From a virus (Duplodnaviria; Caudoviricetes): 31,273 nt of DNA. Shown in pieces: positions 17,115 through 25,274 of this stretch. The notes beneath the pieces are model-generated. The model saw only the letters and a list, made by a program, of their open reading frames with translations, was not told where the DNA came from and did not search any database. The stretch lies in the IMG/VR virus record IMGVR_UViG_3300030333_007961, positions 1 to 31,273 of that record; one strand, given 5' to 3'. Position numbers and translations under genes: made by a program. The first letter of the stretch is position 1; every line of letters starts with the position of its first letter.

Positions 17115-17399
17115 ATGGATTACGATTCTATATCTGTTCACAAAGGTAGAGAAGAAGTTTATAAGATAGTTATAGAATCAATAGAAGATGTAGTTGTCGT
17201 GGCTGACGCTAATATAAATCTTGATACGGAACTCTCGACACTTAGCCTAGACTCCTTGGATGCTATTGATTTAATGATGGACATGGAGGAGATTCACTCC
17301 ATAAGTATTAATAACGAAAAATTTGATTTCGAAAAAATAAAAACCGTCAGGCATTTTGCTGATGCAATTTATGAAAACTCTACTTTTATAAAAAAATAA
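17115..17399 (+). CDS. acpP: Acyl carrier protein
   Basis: Acidic, LSLDSLDAIDLMMDMEE (DSL attachment site), IKTV. Confidence 0.9.
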   Translation: MDYDSISVHKGREEVYKIVIESIEDVVVVADANINLDTELSTLSLDSLDAIDLMMDMEEIHSISINNEKFDFEKIKTVRHFADAIYENSTFIKK

Positions 17400-17438
17400 A
17401 TTTGACTTTTATAAAACTTGAATTTAAACCTAAAATCT

Positions 17439-17717
17439 ATGCCAACAGCAAAGAAAACAGCGAAAAAAGCCCCAAAAAAGGCCTCTAAAAAAACAGTATC
17501 CAAGAAAAAAGAATGTAGCGAAACTCAGGAGAGTTGCTCAACGTCTGGCTTCCTACGCCAGCGGATTGTAATAATGCTGCTCGCCGCCAACTTTCTTTTT
17601 ACTGGGTATTTGGTACATTCAGTTATCAAGTTGCAAGATGCTATTTTGACTGAGCAAGCTCCAGAACCAACAAAAACGGTTGATGAAGTTGTACCGCCGC
17701 TACCTAGCGGTGAATAA
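17439..17717 (+). CDS. Single-pass membrane protein with Lys/Ala-rich N-terminus
   Basis: MPTAKKTAKKAPKKASKK, central TM, Pro/Glu tail; ATG at 17439. Confidence 0.7.
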   Translation: MPTAKKTAKKAPKKASKKTVSKKKECSETQESCSTSGFLRQRIVIMLLAANFLFTGYLVHSVIKLQDAILTEQAPEPTKTVDEVVPPLPSGE

Positions 17718-17723
17718 AACACT

Positions 17724-17746
17724 CCCCCATGAAAATGGGGGTTTTT
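17724..17746 (+). terminator. Rho-independent terminator
   Basis: CCCCCAT-GAAA-ATGGGGG-TTTTT. Confidence 0.9.
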
Positions 17747-17753
17747 AAAATTT

Positions 17754-18623
17754 ATGCAGTACTTAAAGCCTATAGATAAAGTAAGGATAGGGATTGTAGG
17801 GGGAGGCTATGTTGGCAGTGCCACAGCCTTGCTCGAATCGTCACTAACTGAAGTAGTGGTTTACGATTTAGATCCAAGCAAATGCCGCCCACAAGGCTTT
17901 GAGTTTAGCCAGTTGAGACATTGCAATATTGTATTTGTATGTGTTCCAACTCCAATGAAACATAATGGTCAGTGTCACACCGATATTGTGGAGTCAGTGA
18001 TCAAAGACCTTCAAGATCTTGAAGACGCTCCATACATTGTAGTTAGGTCAACTGTCCCTGTCGGCTTCTGTAAAAAACATGGGGTAAACTTTATGCCTGA
18101 GTTTTTGACTGAGAAAAACTGGAGGCAAGATTTTTTTGAAAACAAAGACTGGATAGTTGGTTCTTCAGATTTAAAAGATAAGAATTTTCCCCAAGTAATG
18201 AAGCAGATACTAAAAGCTTCTCACAAGGAAGGGAAAATAAAAAATTCACCATCGATTCATTCTTCAGATACTAGCACTGCCGAGCTTTGTAAGCTGGCTA
18301 GGAATTGCTTCCTTGCGACCAAGGTTTCTTTCTTCAATGAAATGAGCAAGTTTTCTGAAGCTGTAGGTGTAAATTATGAATCTGCAAGAGAGCTTATAGT
18401 TTTAGATGAGAGAGTTGGAGAGAGTCACACTAAAGTTCCCGGCCCAGATGGAAAAGGTGGCTTCGGCGGCACTTGTTTTCCTAAAGACATGAACTCGGCT
18501 CAACATCAAATGAACTCAAACAGCAGTGCGTCTATTTTAATAGAGGCGGCAATAAGAAGAAACAACACAGTAGATAGAACTGACCTTGATTGGCTCCAAG
18601 ATAAAGGCCGCGCAGTCGTCTGA
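17754..18623 (+). CDS. ugd: UDP-glucose/GDP-mannose dehydrogenase family (short form without C-terminal domain)
   Basis: GGGYVG, VCVPTP, RSTVP, PEFL, GFGGTCFPKD. Confidence 0.9.
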   Translation: MQYLKPIDKVRIGIVGGGYVGSATALLESSLTEVVVYDLDPSKCRPQGFEFSQLRHCNIVFVCVPTPMKHNGQCHTDIVESVIKDLQDLEDAPYIVVRSTVPVGFCKKHGVNFMPEFLTEKNWRQDFFENKDWIVGSSDLKDKNFPQVMKQILKASHKEGKIKNSPSIHSSDTSTAELCKLARNCFLATKVSFFNEMSKFSEAVGVNYESARELIVLDERVGESHTKVPGPDGKGGFGGTCFPKDMNSAQHQMNSNSSASILIEAAIRRNNTVDRTDLDWLQDKGRAVV

Positions 18624-18628
18624 TTTTT

Positions 18629-18705
18629 GCGCCCATAGCTCAGTTGGATAGAGCACGAGTCTTCTAAACTTGGGGTCGGGGGTTCGAATCCCTCTGGGCG
18701 TACCA
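18629..18705 (+). tRNA. tRNA-Arg (UCU)
   Basis: Cloverleaf: GCGCCCA/TGGGCGT, anticodon loop CT-TCT-AA, GGTTCGAATCC, encoded CCA. Confidence 0.97.
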
Positions 18706-18707
18706 AT

Positions 18708-19319
18708 ATGAAACTAAAAGAGCAAATTTTAAAACTCAGAAAGAAAGGTTTTTCTTACAGTAAAATAGCTGAAAAATTAAATTGCTCAAAGTCCACAGTT
18801 GCATACTACTGCAATTCATCTACGAAACCTAAAATCATGAAGAGGAATAAGGTTTTGAGGAAAACCGTTGCAGGGATTTTGTACGGAAAGATAGGCAACT
18901 TTTTTCATTCTGTTGATCGTGCTTTACCTTACAAACTCAAAAAAGAAAAAAAGAAAAAGCAGACAAACAAACATTCTCCTCAACAGAGAAAGGTTCAAAT
19001 GTATAAATCAAGAGCTAATGATGGGATCAGAAGAAATAGATGTAAAAAAAATTTTGGGGTTAAAGATTTTTTAAATAAAGTTGGCGAAAACCCAACATGT
19101 TACCTAACGGGTAGAAATGTAGACCTTTCAAAAAAAGAAGAGTACCATTTAGATCACATTCACCCAGTCTCCAAAGGCGGATCTAATGAATTAAATAACC
19201 TTGGTCTTGCTTGCAGAGATGCAAATGTAGCAAAAGCTGATATGTCTACTGGAGAATTTGTAGATCTTTGCGCCGAAGTCTTACGGCATCATGGATTTAA
19301 AGTAACGCCACCTAAGTAA
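18708..19319 (+). CDS. HTH + HNH endonuclease (possible homing endonuclease)
   Basis: N-terminal SYSKIAEKLNCSKSTV; C-terminal CYLTG...LDHIHPVSKGGSNELNNLGLAC...N. Confidence 0.88.
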   Translation: MKLKEQILKLRKKGFSYSKIAEKLNCSKSTVAYYCNSSTKPKIMKRNKVLRKTVAGILYGKIGNFFHSVDRALPYKLKKEKKKKQTNKHSPQQRKVQMYKSRANDGIRRNRCKKNFGVKDFLNKVGENPTCYLTGRNVDLSKKEEYHLDHIHPVSKGGSNELNNLGLACRDANVAKADMSTGEFVDLCAEVLRHHGFKVTPPK

Positions 19320-19321
19320 AA

Positions 19322-19744
19322 ATGGATATTATAACAAAAACACTATCGGAAAAAGCCAAGCTCCCAACAACCGCTAACTATGCTGATGCAGGTTATGATT
19401 TATCTTCAATTGAAGACCATCACATAAAAGTAGGTGAAAGAAGAGTTGTTAAAACGGGGCTTGCTTTTGTTATTCCCGCTGGCTACTACGGCAGAATCGC
19501 CCCAAGGAGTGGCTTGGCGGTAAAAAAAGGCCTAGACGTTATGGCTGGAGTGATTGATAGTACCTACAGAGGAGAAATCGGAGTTGTTCTTATCAACTTA
19601 GGAGATAAGCCTATAGACATATCAGAAGGCGATAGAATTGCTCAGATAATATTTGAAACTTGTCACTATGCAGAGTTTATTGATGTAGAAGATATACCTG
19701 AAAGTGAGAGGGGCGACGGAGGGTTTGGAAGCTCAGGTGAATAA
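19322..19744 (+). CDS. dut: dUTPase (trimeric)
   Basis: All five motifs: AGYDL, PRSG, GVIDSTYRGE, GDRIAQ, RGDGGFGSSG. Confidence 0.98.
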   Translation: MDIITKTLSEKAKLPTTANYADAGYDLSSIEDHHIKVGERRVVKTGLAFVIPAGYYGRIAPRSGLAVKKGLDVMAGVIDSTYRGEIGVVLINLGDKPIDISEGDRIAQIIFETCHYAEFIDVEDIPESERGDGGFGSSGE

Positions 19745-19746
19745 AA

Positions 19747-20004
19747 GTGAAAAATGAAACATTAGAGTATCAAAGAGTTTTCTTGGAAAACGTTTCTGAC
19801 CCCCAAGTTCCTTGGGAGGTGGCGTTTGCTAACTTTAGTGACTACGTAAATCTTTTGCAAAAATCTAAAATAAAAAATAATGAAGATTGCTGCAATTTAG
19901 CCTATGAGCTAGAAAAGTGTTCTGACCTTTTAATAAAAAAAGCAATAGATCCAAAAAACATAGCTATGAGCCTTGTAGTTTGGAGAGATAATTTGGGCGG
20001 TTAA
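19747..20004 (+). CDS. Hypothetical protein (stop codon lies inside tRNA-Val)
   Basis: 85-aa ORF filling the gap between dut and the tRNA. Confidence 0.6.
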   Translation: MKNETLEYQRVFLENVSDPQVPWEVAFANFSDYVNLLQKSKIKNNEDCCNLAYELEKCSDLLIKKAIDPKNIAMSLVVWRDNLGG

Positions 20005-20069
20005 CTCAGTGGTAGAGTATCTCGTTTACACCGAGGCTGTCGGGGGTTCGAATCCCTCACCGCCTACCA
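19995..20069 (+). tRNA. tRNA-Val (UAC)
   Basis: GGGCGGT/ACCGCCT, anticodon loop TT-TAC-AC, GGTTCGAATCC, encoded CCA. Confidence 0.96.
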
Positions 20070-20075
20070 AATAAA

Positions 20076-20510
20076 ATGAAAAACGATCAAGACTTTAAGC
20101 CCCTTGGGATAAATACTGTTGTTGTGGCTAGTGGATATTTCGACCCTATTCATGTGGGTCATATAGAGTACCTTGAGAAAGCTAGGGCTCTTGGAGATAA
20201 ATTAATTGTCGTGGTCAACAATGATAAACAAGCCAAGCTGAAAAAGGGGAAATCGTTTATGCCCGTCGAGGACAGGATAAAAATAGTAAGCTCTCTAAAT
20301 ATGGTTGACGATGTTTTCAAGGCGCTTGATGTGGACGAAACAGTGACTCTGAGTTTAGCCTTTTTAAGGCCAGATATTTTCGCCAAGGGCGGCGACAGAT
20401 CCTCCGACGAGATCCCAGAAGGTCCAGTTTGCCACAATTTAGGCATTAAAATAGTGGACGGACTTGGGGAAAAAATAAGATCTTCTTCAGAATATACTGG
20501 ATTAAAGTAG
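20076..20510 (+). CDS. HxGH cytidylyl/adenylyltransferase family
   Basis: SGYFDPIHVGH, KGGDR, KIRSSS. Confidence 0.9.
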   Translation: MKNDQDFKPLGINTVVVASGYFDPIHVGHIEYLEKARALGDKLIVVVNNDKQAKLKKGKSFMPVEDRIKIVSSLNMVDDVFKALDVDETVTLSLAFLRPDIFAKGGDRSSDEIPEGPVCHNLGIKIVDGLGEKIRSSSEYTGLK

Positions 20511-20538
20511 TTTTCGGCCATTTTTCGCCCTAAAAGGG

Positions 20539-20544
20539 GTGTAA
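20539..20544 (+). promoter_or_regulatory. GTGTAA promoter-like motif
   Basis: GTGTAA-ATTTGATA-GAGGAAAAC short leader before ATG 20566. Confidence 0.6.
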
Positions 20545-20565
20545 ATTTGATAGAGGAAAACTATA

Positions 20566-21534
20566 ATGAAAACTATCCTACTATCTCTTCTTCTTTCTGC
20601 TTGTGTCTTGGTTGGAGCAGAAAAACTTTCTACCGCAGAACACTTACAAAATGTTTCTGTAACTATCAGATCAGAAGGCCAGTGGTCTAATGGCGAAGGC
20701 TCAGGGGTTATCTTCACCCGAAAAGATTCAAAAGGTAATAAAGTAAATTTTGTTTGGACTGCGGCACACGTTATAGACAACCTGAGAAAAGAAAGAAAAA
20801 CTGTAGTCGGTGGTGCGCCGAAAACTATTGTTGAATTTAAAGACCCTATGGTTGTTAAAGAGATTCGTCAGAATGGACGAACCGTAGGCAGACTTCAAAT
20901 GGATGCAGAAGTATTAAAGTACAGTGATGCAGATGATGGTCATGACTTAGCATTGCTAAGAATTAGAAAATTTAATTTTGTAGACGACACCGTTACCTTC
21001 CACTTAGATAAAGGTAAAATTCCAACTCTTGGCACAGACTTGCTGCATGTAGGTAGCTTACTTGGGCAAATGGGAGCAAATAGCATGACGGACGGCATCT
21101 ACTCTCAACATGGAAGATTAATTAAATCTTTAAATAAACATGTTTTCGATCAAACGACTTGCACAGCTTTTCCGGGAAGTTCCGGGGGTGGGGTGTATTT
21201 GAAGGATGACGCTAAATATATAGGAATGCTTGTCAGGGGTGCTGGGGAAGGATTTAATCTTATTGTCCCTGTTCGTAGAATTATTGATTATTGCGAACAA
21301 CATAAAATTATGTGGGCTTTAGATCCTAAAGTCGAAATGCCTAACGAGGAAGACTTAAAGAAAATGCCCATAGAAAATACTCCCAAAGAGAAAAAAGATG
21401 TAGAGGACGAAGAGAAAGAGGCCGCTAAAAAAGCTTTTCCATTTATGCTTAGAGTATACGAAAAGCACAATGATGGTCGCCCAGATTTCCTTAAAACTAA
21501 GCCTCAACTTCTAAAGACAATGGAGAGACACTAA
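20566..21534 (+). CDS. Secreted trypsin-like serine protease
   Basis: Signal peptide; TAAHV, DLALL, PGSSGG catalytic triad. Confidence 0.92.
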   Translation: MKTILLSLLLSACVLVGAEKLSTAEHLQNVSVTIRSEGQWSNGEGSGVIFTRKDSKGNKVNFVWTAAHVIDNLRKERKTVVGGAPKTIVEFKDPMVVKEIRQNGRTVGRLQMDAEVLKYSDADDGHDLALLRIRKFNFVDDTVTFHLDKGKIPTLGTDLLHVGSLLGQMGANSMTDGIYSQHGRLIKSLNKHVFDQTTCTAFPGSSGGGVYLKDDAKYIGMLVRGAGEGFNLIVPVRRIIDYCEQHKIMWALDPKVEMPNEEDLKKMPIENTPKEKKDVEDEEKEAAKKAFPFMLRVYEKHNDGRPDFLKTKPQLLKTMERH

Positions 21535-21535
21535 T

Positions 21536-21667
21536 ATGAAATACTTAATAATTGCAATCTTGGGGGCGACATTAGTCGGTTGTGCTTGTATGCCGTGTAC
21601 GGCCAGTGTTGCTTGTCCTTGCGATAAAGTTTGCGCTTGTAAAGGCGAATGTATATGCGATAAATAA
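21536..21667 (+). CDS. 43-aa Cys-rich lipoprotein, metallothionein-like
   Basis: MKYLIIAILGATLVG-CACMPCTASVACPCDKVCACKGECICDK; lipobox LVGC; SD GGAG. Not in the ORF track. Confidence 0.8.
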   Translation: MKYLIIAILGATLVGCACMPCTASVACPCDKVCACKGECICDK

Positions 21668-21672
21668 TCGCA

Positions 21673-22305
21673 GTGCTGCATAATTTTTCTCAAGTAGACG
21701 ACTTCATTTGGGTGTGCGATGGCATACTTTCAATTGAAGACTGCCTTCTTTTAAGGGCGGAGGCTATGTCTATGTTAAAAGACGTAACTGTGCTGGACTA
21801 TGAAAAAGGCCCAATAAAAGATACCAAGTCTAGATATGCCCAAGAAAGTCTTTTACTAAAATCAAATTACAATTCCCAACAAAAAATATATAACTCTATA
21901 GAAAAAATAGAGACTATAGTTTCTAACATTACCTGCTTACCAGTAGAAAACCAAGAATACTTAAACATAGTAAGATACTCCGAAGGAGGCCACTATGTTC
22001 CCCATTACGACTTCTTCTTAAAGGGCGGGGAAGGATACGATCTTGATATAGCAAAAGGCGGTCAAAGAGTTTCTAGCGTTTTATTTTACCTAAATGATTC
22101 CTATGAAGGTGGCGTAACCCAGTTTCCTAAATTGGACAATTTTGAAATAGCCCCAAGGAAAGGTAGGGCTGTTTATTGGAATAATTTTAGAGACAATAAG
22201 CCAATTGAAAAAAGTCTTCATTGCTCCCTACCAGTAGAAAAAGGATTTAAATGGATCGGCATAGTTTGGGTAAGAGAAGGCGAGTACTCTCCAAGAAAAG
22301 GCTAG
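21673..22305 (+). CDS. 2OG-Fe(II) oxygenase, prolyl 4-hydroxylase-like
   Basis: YVPHYD, GQRVSSVLFYLND, GGVTQFP, LHCSLPVEKGFKW. Confidence 0.92.
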   Translation: MLHNFSQVDDFIWVCDGILSIEDCLLLRAEAMSMLKDVTVLDYEKGPIKDTKSRYAQESLLLKSNYNSQQKIYNSIEKIETIVSNITCLPVENQEYLNIVRYSEGGHYVPHYDFFLKGGEGYDLDIAKGGQRVSSVLFYLNDSYEGGVTQFPKLDNFEIAPRKGRAVYWNNFRDNKPIEKSLHCSLPVEKGFKWIGIVWVREGEYSPRKG

Positions 22306-22337
22306 ACATTTCGATTGAGTTTTATTAACGTTTGCCT

Positions 22338-22517
22338 ATGAGCAAAGTTGATGAAGCTTTAGAATTATTAGATCAAATAATAGAAAAGTCTTCTATAGAC
22401 GACAAAATTGAGTCTAGTAAAAATTCAGACGTAGCCCTTAATGGTGATGGCTGGATAACTCACCATTTAAAATTAGTTAAAGAAATGCTAAAGGAAAATT
22501 CAGATGCCAAAAATTAA
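22338..22517 (+). CDS. Hypothetical protein
   Basis: ORF in track; ATG start at 22338 preferred. Confidence 0.6.
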   Translation: MSKVDEALELLDQIIEKSSIDDKIESSKNSDVALNGDGWITHHLKLVKEMLKENSDAKN

Positions 22518-22671
22518 AGGTAAAAAAAGTTGCTACATTATAACTAATGATAAGAACTTTACTTTCGGAGCTTTTGAAATGACTGACGAAGGTTTAAAAA
22601 AAGCTAAACGATATATGAGAGACTTAAAAAAGAAAAATAATGGAGACTTTTTCATTAAGGAGGTGAAATAA
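22504..22671 (+). CDS. Small basic hypothetical protein (55 aa)
   Basis: MPKIKGKKSCYIIT...FFIKEVK, SD AAGGA. Not in the ORF track. Confidence 0.65.
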   Translation: MPKIKGKKSCYIITNDKNFTFGAFEMTDEGLKKAKRYMRDLKKKNNGDFFIKEVK

Positions 22672-22695
22672 TATTTTTGTAGAACTCCTTTTAGA

Positions 22696-22709
22696 GTGTA
22701 AATTAAAGT
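22696..22709 (+). promoter_or_regulatory. GTGTAA promoter-like motif, 8 nt before ATG
   Basis: GTGTAA-ATTAAAGT-ATG. Confidence 0.65.
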
Positions 22710-23024
22710 ATGGTACAGGTCACAGTAAAAAGACCTTACAAATGCTCTAAGGAGATTTGTTGTAGTAGTTGTGGTTTAGAATATACTAAGCCTCACTACA
22801 AAATACTTTTTGATAGAAAGAAGCTTGTATACTTTGATATAAAACAGAAAAATAATATTAAGCCCAAGACAATTTGCCACACTTGCTTCTTTAAATATAT
22901 AAACAAAATCTCCAAGAGCAAAAAGAACCCATATCAAATACAATTCATAAATGGCAAAAAGAAAAGCCTTATGGAAATAAGCCCGTTTAAAGAAGTGAAA
23001 GATGATCCTTTTGGTGAGTTATGA
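22710..23024 (+). CDS. Zinc-finger-like hypothetical protein
   Basis: CSSC...CHTC. Confidence 0.65.
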   Translation: MVQVTVKRPYKCSKEICCSSCGLEYTKPHYKILFDRKKLVYFDIKQKNNIKPKTICHTCFFKYINKISKSKKNPYQIQFINGKKKSLMEISPFKEVKDDPFGEL

Positions 23025-23317
23025 GTGATACAGATATACAGAAAACTCAAAAGGATTTGCAAATATCCGATGCAACTCTTGAGTGGTTTGCTGCTGAAAG
23101 TAAAAAAGCTATTGAAGAATTATACTACTTTGACTCTTTATTAAAAGAAGATCCAGAAATAGACGAAGACGGCGTAATAACAGATGCCCTTGAATACAGT
23201 AAAACGAATTTGCTTTACCTAGCGAAAAAAGGGGAGTACGAAATAAAGAGAAGAAAAGAATACCAAAATAAACTAAACAAAGAACTTATACAGACTGTGT
23301 TTAATGAAAAAAATTAA
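23021..23317 (+). CDS. Hypothetical protein
   Basis: ATGA-coupled ORF. Confidence 0.65.
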   Translation: MSDTDIQKTQKDLQISDATLEWFAAESKKAIEELYYFDSLLKEDPEIDEDGVITDALEYSKTNLLYLAKKGEYEIKRRKEYQNKLNKELIQTVFNEKN

Positions 23318-23600
23318 AGTAGGCTTTGGAACCGATAAAGACCCAGATTACATACTAATTCCCACTCCTCCGAGGAACGCTAATTGCTTCAAACTTACAG
23401 TACAGGGCGAAAATAAGACCGGACACGCCTGTGTAGCTATCAAAGATATTGATACATTATTAGGGGTTTCTGGTGAATTGCGCTTTGTAGAGAAAAAAGG
23501 TGTAAAAATAGTAAGAGAGCACCAACCATCCTATACTTGGACTGGTTGCGATATTCTCGAACTAAAAGAGCACCATGAAGGGCAGAAAGGAAAAAAATAA
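23304..23600 (+). CDS. Hypothetical protein
   Basis: Overlapping operonic ORF. Confidence 0.65.
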   Translation: MKKIKVGFGTDKDPDYILIPTPPRNANCFKLTVQGENKTGHACVAIKDIDTLLGVSGELRFVEKKGVKIVREHQPSYTWTGCDILELKEHHEGQKGKK

Positions 23601-23883
23601 GACATTTAACTTCACTAATTATGATGGTGTAGAGTATACTCTTTTTTTTCGTAAGCCCCATAAAGCATATGGCGAAGCAGACGGGCTTTGCCTAAACCCT
23701 CAAGAGGATGAGCCTAAAATATATATAAATCCTCAACTTACCCAGCAAACAGAACTAAATACTTGCATCCACGAAGTCTGTCATGCATATTTTTGGGATG
23801 CGCCTGAAGCAAAAGTGACTAAATTTGCTAACAACTTAAGCAGATTACTTTTTAATAAATGCGGATGGCGTAAAGTAAAATGA
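23575..23883 (+). CDS. Small HExxH metallopeptidase-like protein
   Basis: GLC...IYIN...CIHEVCHA...E. Confidence 0.7.
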   Translation: MKGRKEKNKTFNFTNYDGVEYTLFFRKPHKAYGEADGLCLNPQEDEPKIYINPQLTQQTELNTCIHEVCHAYFWDAPEAKVTKFANNLSRLLFNKCGWRKVK

Positions 23884-24593
23884 CAGCATTCCTTTTCGAC
23901 GTAGACAATACGTTAACTCCGCCTCGCCAGAAAATGGATCAATCCTTTCTGGCATTTTTTTTAGATTGGATGAGAGACAGGTCTGTCTATCTTGTCTCTG
24001 GGAGCGATGAAAAGAAAATATTCCAACAAATGCCATCAAGTATAATTACTAGATGTTCAGGAGTTTTTTCCAGTATGGGAAACAAACTGTCTATTGATAA
24101 AGAATTAATTTACGAAAATAAATTCGACCCCCCAAAAACTTTGATCGAAATGCTATCTTCATTCCAAATTAACACAAAATCTCCCGTGCTTGGTGAGGCT
24201 CCCTTTTTTGAATACAGAACTGGAATGTTAAATTTTACAACAGTAGGTAGAAGTATAGGGCTAGAGCAAAGAAATGCTTACTATGAATGGGATGAAAAAT
24301 CTAAAGAAAGAACTAGGATAGCAAAAAAAGTAGAGGAAACATTTCCTGACTTGGAAGCTAAAGTTGGTGGGCAAATAAGCTTAGACATACAGCCCAAAGG
24401 CAATAACAAAACTTTATCAAGCAAGTGGATAAGAGAAAACAAAACTAAAGACATCGTGTTTTTTGGAGACAAGTGCTTTGAGGGCGGTAATGATCATGAC
24501 GTATCTGTTGACGTTTTAGAAAATAAAGGTAAAGTATTCGAAGTCGGAGATTGGAGAAATACTTTCGCTATTTTGCAAAATGGAGACCTATGA
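23880..24593 (+). CDS. Phosphomannomutase, HAD-IIB (eukaryotic PMM-like)
   Basis: FDVDNTLTPPRQ, VSGSD, RTGMLNF, GGQISLDI, FFGDKCFEGGNDH. Confidence 0.9.
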   Translation: MTAFLFDVDNTLTPPRQKMDQSFLAFFLDWMRDRSVYLVSGSDEKKIFQQMPSSIITRCSGVFSSMGNKLSIDKELIYENKFDPPKTLIEMLSSFQINTKSPVLGEAPFFEYRTGMLNFTTVGRSIGLEQRNAYYEWDEKSKERTRIAKKVEETFPDLEAKVGGQISLDIQPKGNNKTLSSKWIRENKTKDIVFFGDKCFEGGNDHDVSVDVLENKGKVFEVGDWRNTFAILQNGDL

Positions 24594-24852
24594 TTTAATC
24601 AACAGTTCTTTTATATTTGTTGCTGGCTTCTTTTATATTTTAAATCTTTTTAAATTGTGGAAAGACAAAGATGTAAAAGGAATTAGCAAGTTGAGTATTG
24701 TATTTTTCTCTTGCTGGAATTTTTGGACCTTTTATTTTTTTATTGTAACTACTAATTTCTTCTGGACTCAATTGTCCTACGCTTTTGTTTCTATAGTAAA
24801 TGTTTTATACTTGACTCTTCTAATTTACTATATTAGAAACCAGAGCAAATGA
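24580..24852 (+). CDS. Three-TM protein, SemiSWEET/PQ-loop-like
   Basis: Three hydrophobic helices with KDKDVKGIS loop; the PQ motif itself is absent. Confidence 0.55.
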   Translation: METYDLINSSFIFVAGFFYILNLFKLWKDKDVKGISKLSIVFFSCWNFWTFYFFIVTTNFFWTQLSYAFVSIVNVLYLTLLIYYIRNQSK

Positions 24853-25274
24853 GTCGCCTTTCTTGGGAAGAGTATGCGATAGAACTTGCTCGTACTGCGT
24901 CTTTGAGGAGTGAAGATCCTCATAAAAAAGTCGGTGCGTGTGCGCTTGACTATAGTAATAAGGTTCTCGGAGTAGGATATAATGGACTAGCTTCTGGTAA
25001 AGAAGTCTCAGATGTCTTTTGGGAAGATAGAGACCTACGCAGACCTTACATGATACACGCTGAAGCTAATTGCTTATCCCTCTTTAAAGCTGGAGAATGT
25101 AAGATATTAGCGGTTACGCTACTTCCATGTTCCGCTTGCGCTACGTTAATAGCCGCTTATAAAATACCTAAAGTTATATATTCAGAGGAATACAAAAGAG
25201 ATGAAAAGGCTAAATTGATTTTTGATTTTTATAACATAGAACTAATTAAAATTAACTCTAAGGAGGTGAAGTGA
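24849..25274 (+). CDS. dCMP deaminase
   Basis: RSEDP..KVGA, GYNG, HAEAN, PCSAC. Confidence 0.93.
   Translation: MSRLSWEEYAIELARTASLRSEDPHKKVGACALDYSNKVLGVGYNGLASGKEVSDVFWEDRDLRRPYMIHAEANCLSLFKAGECKILAVTLLPCSACATLIAAYKIPKVIYSEEYKRDEKAKLIFDFYNIELIKINSKEVK

Noticed and set aside
18506-18706. Minus-strand ORF MVRPEGFEPPT (and similarly 26157-26366)
   Set aside because: Typical antisense translation of a tRNA gene.
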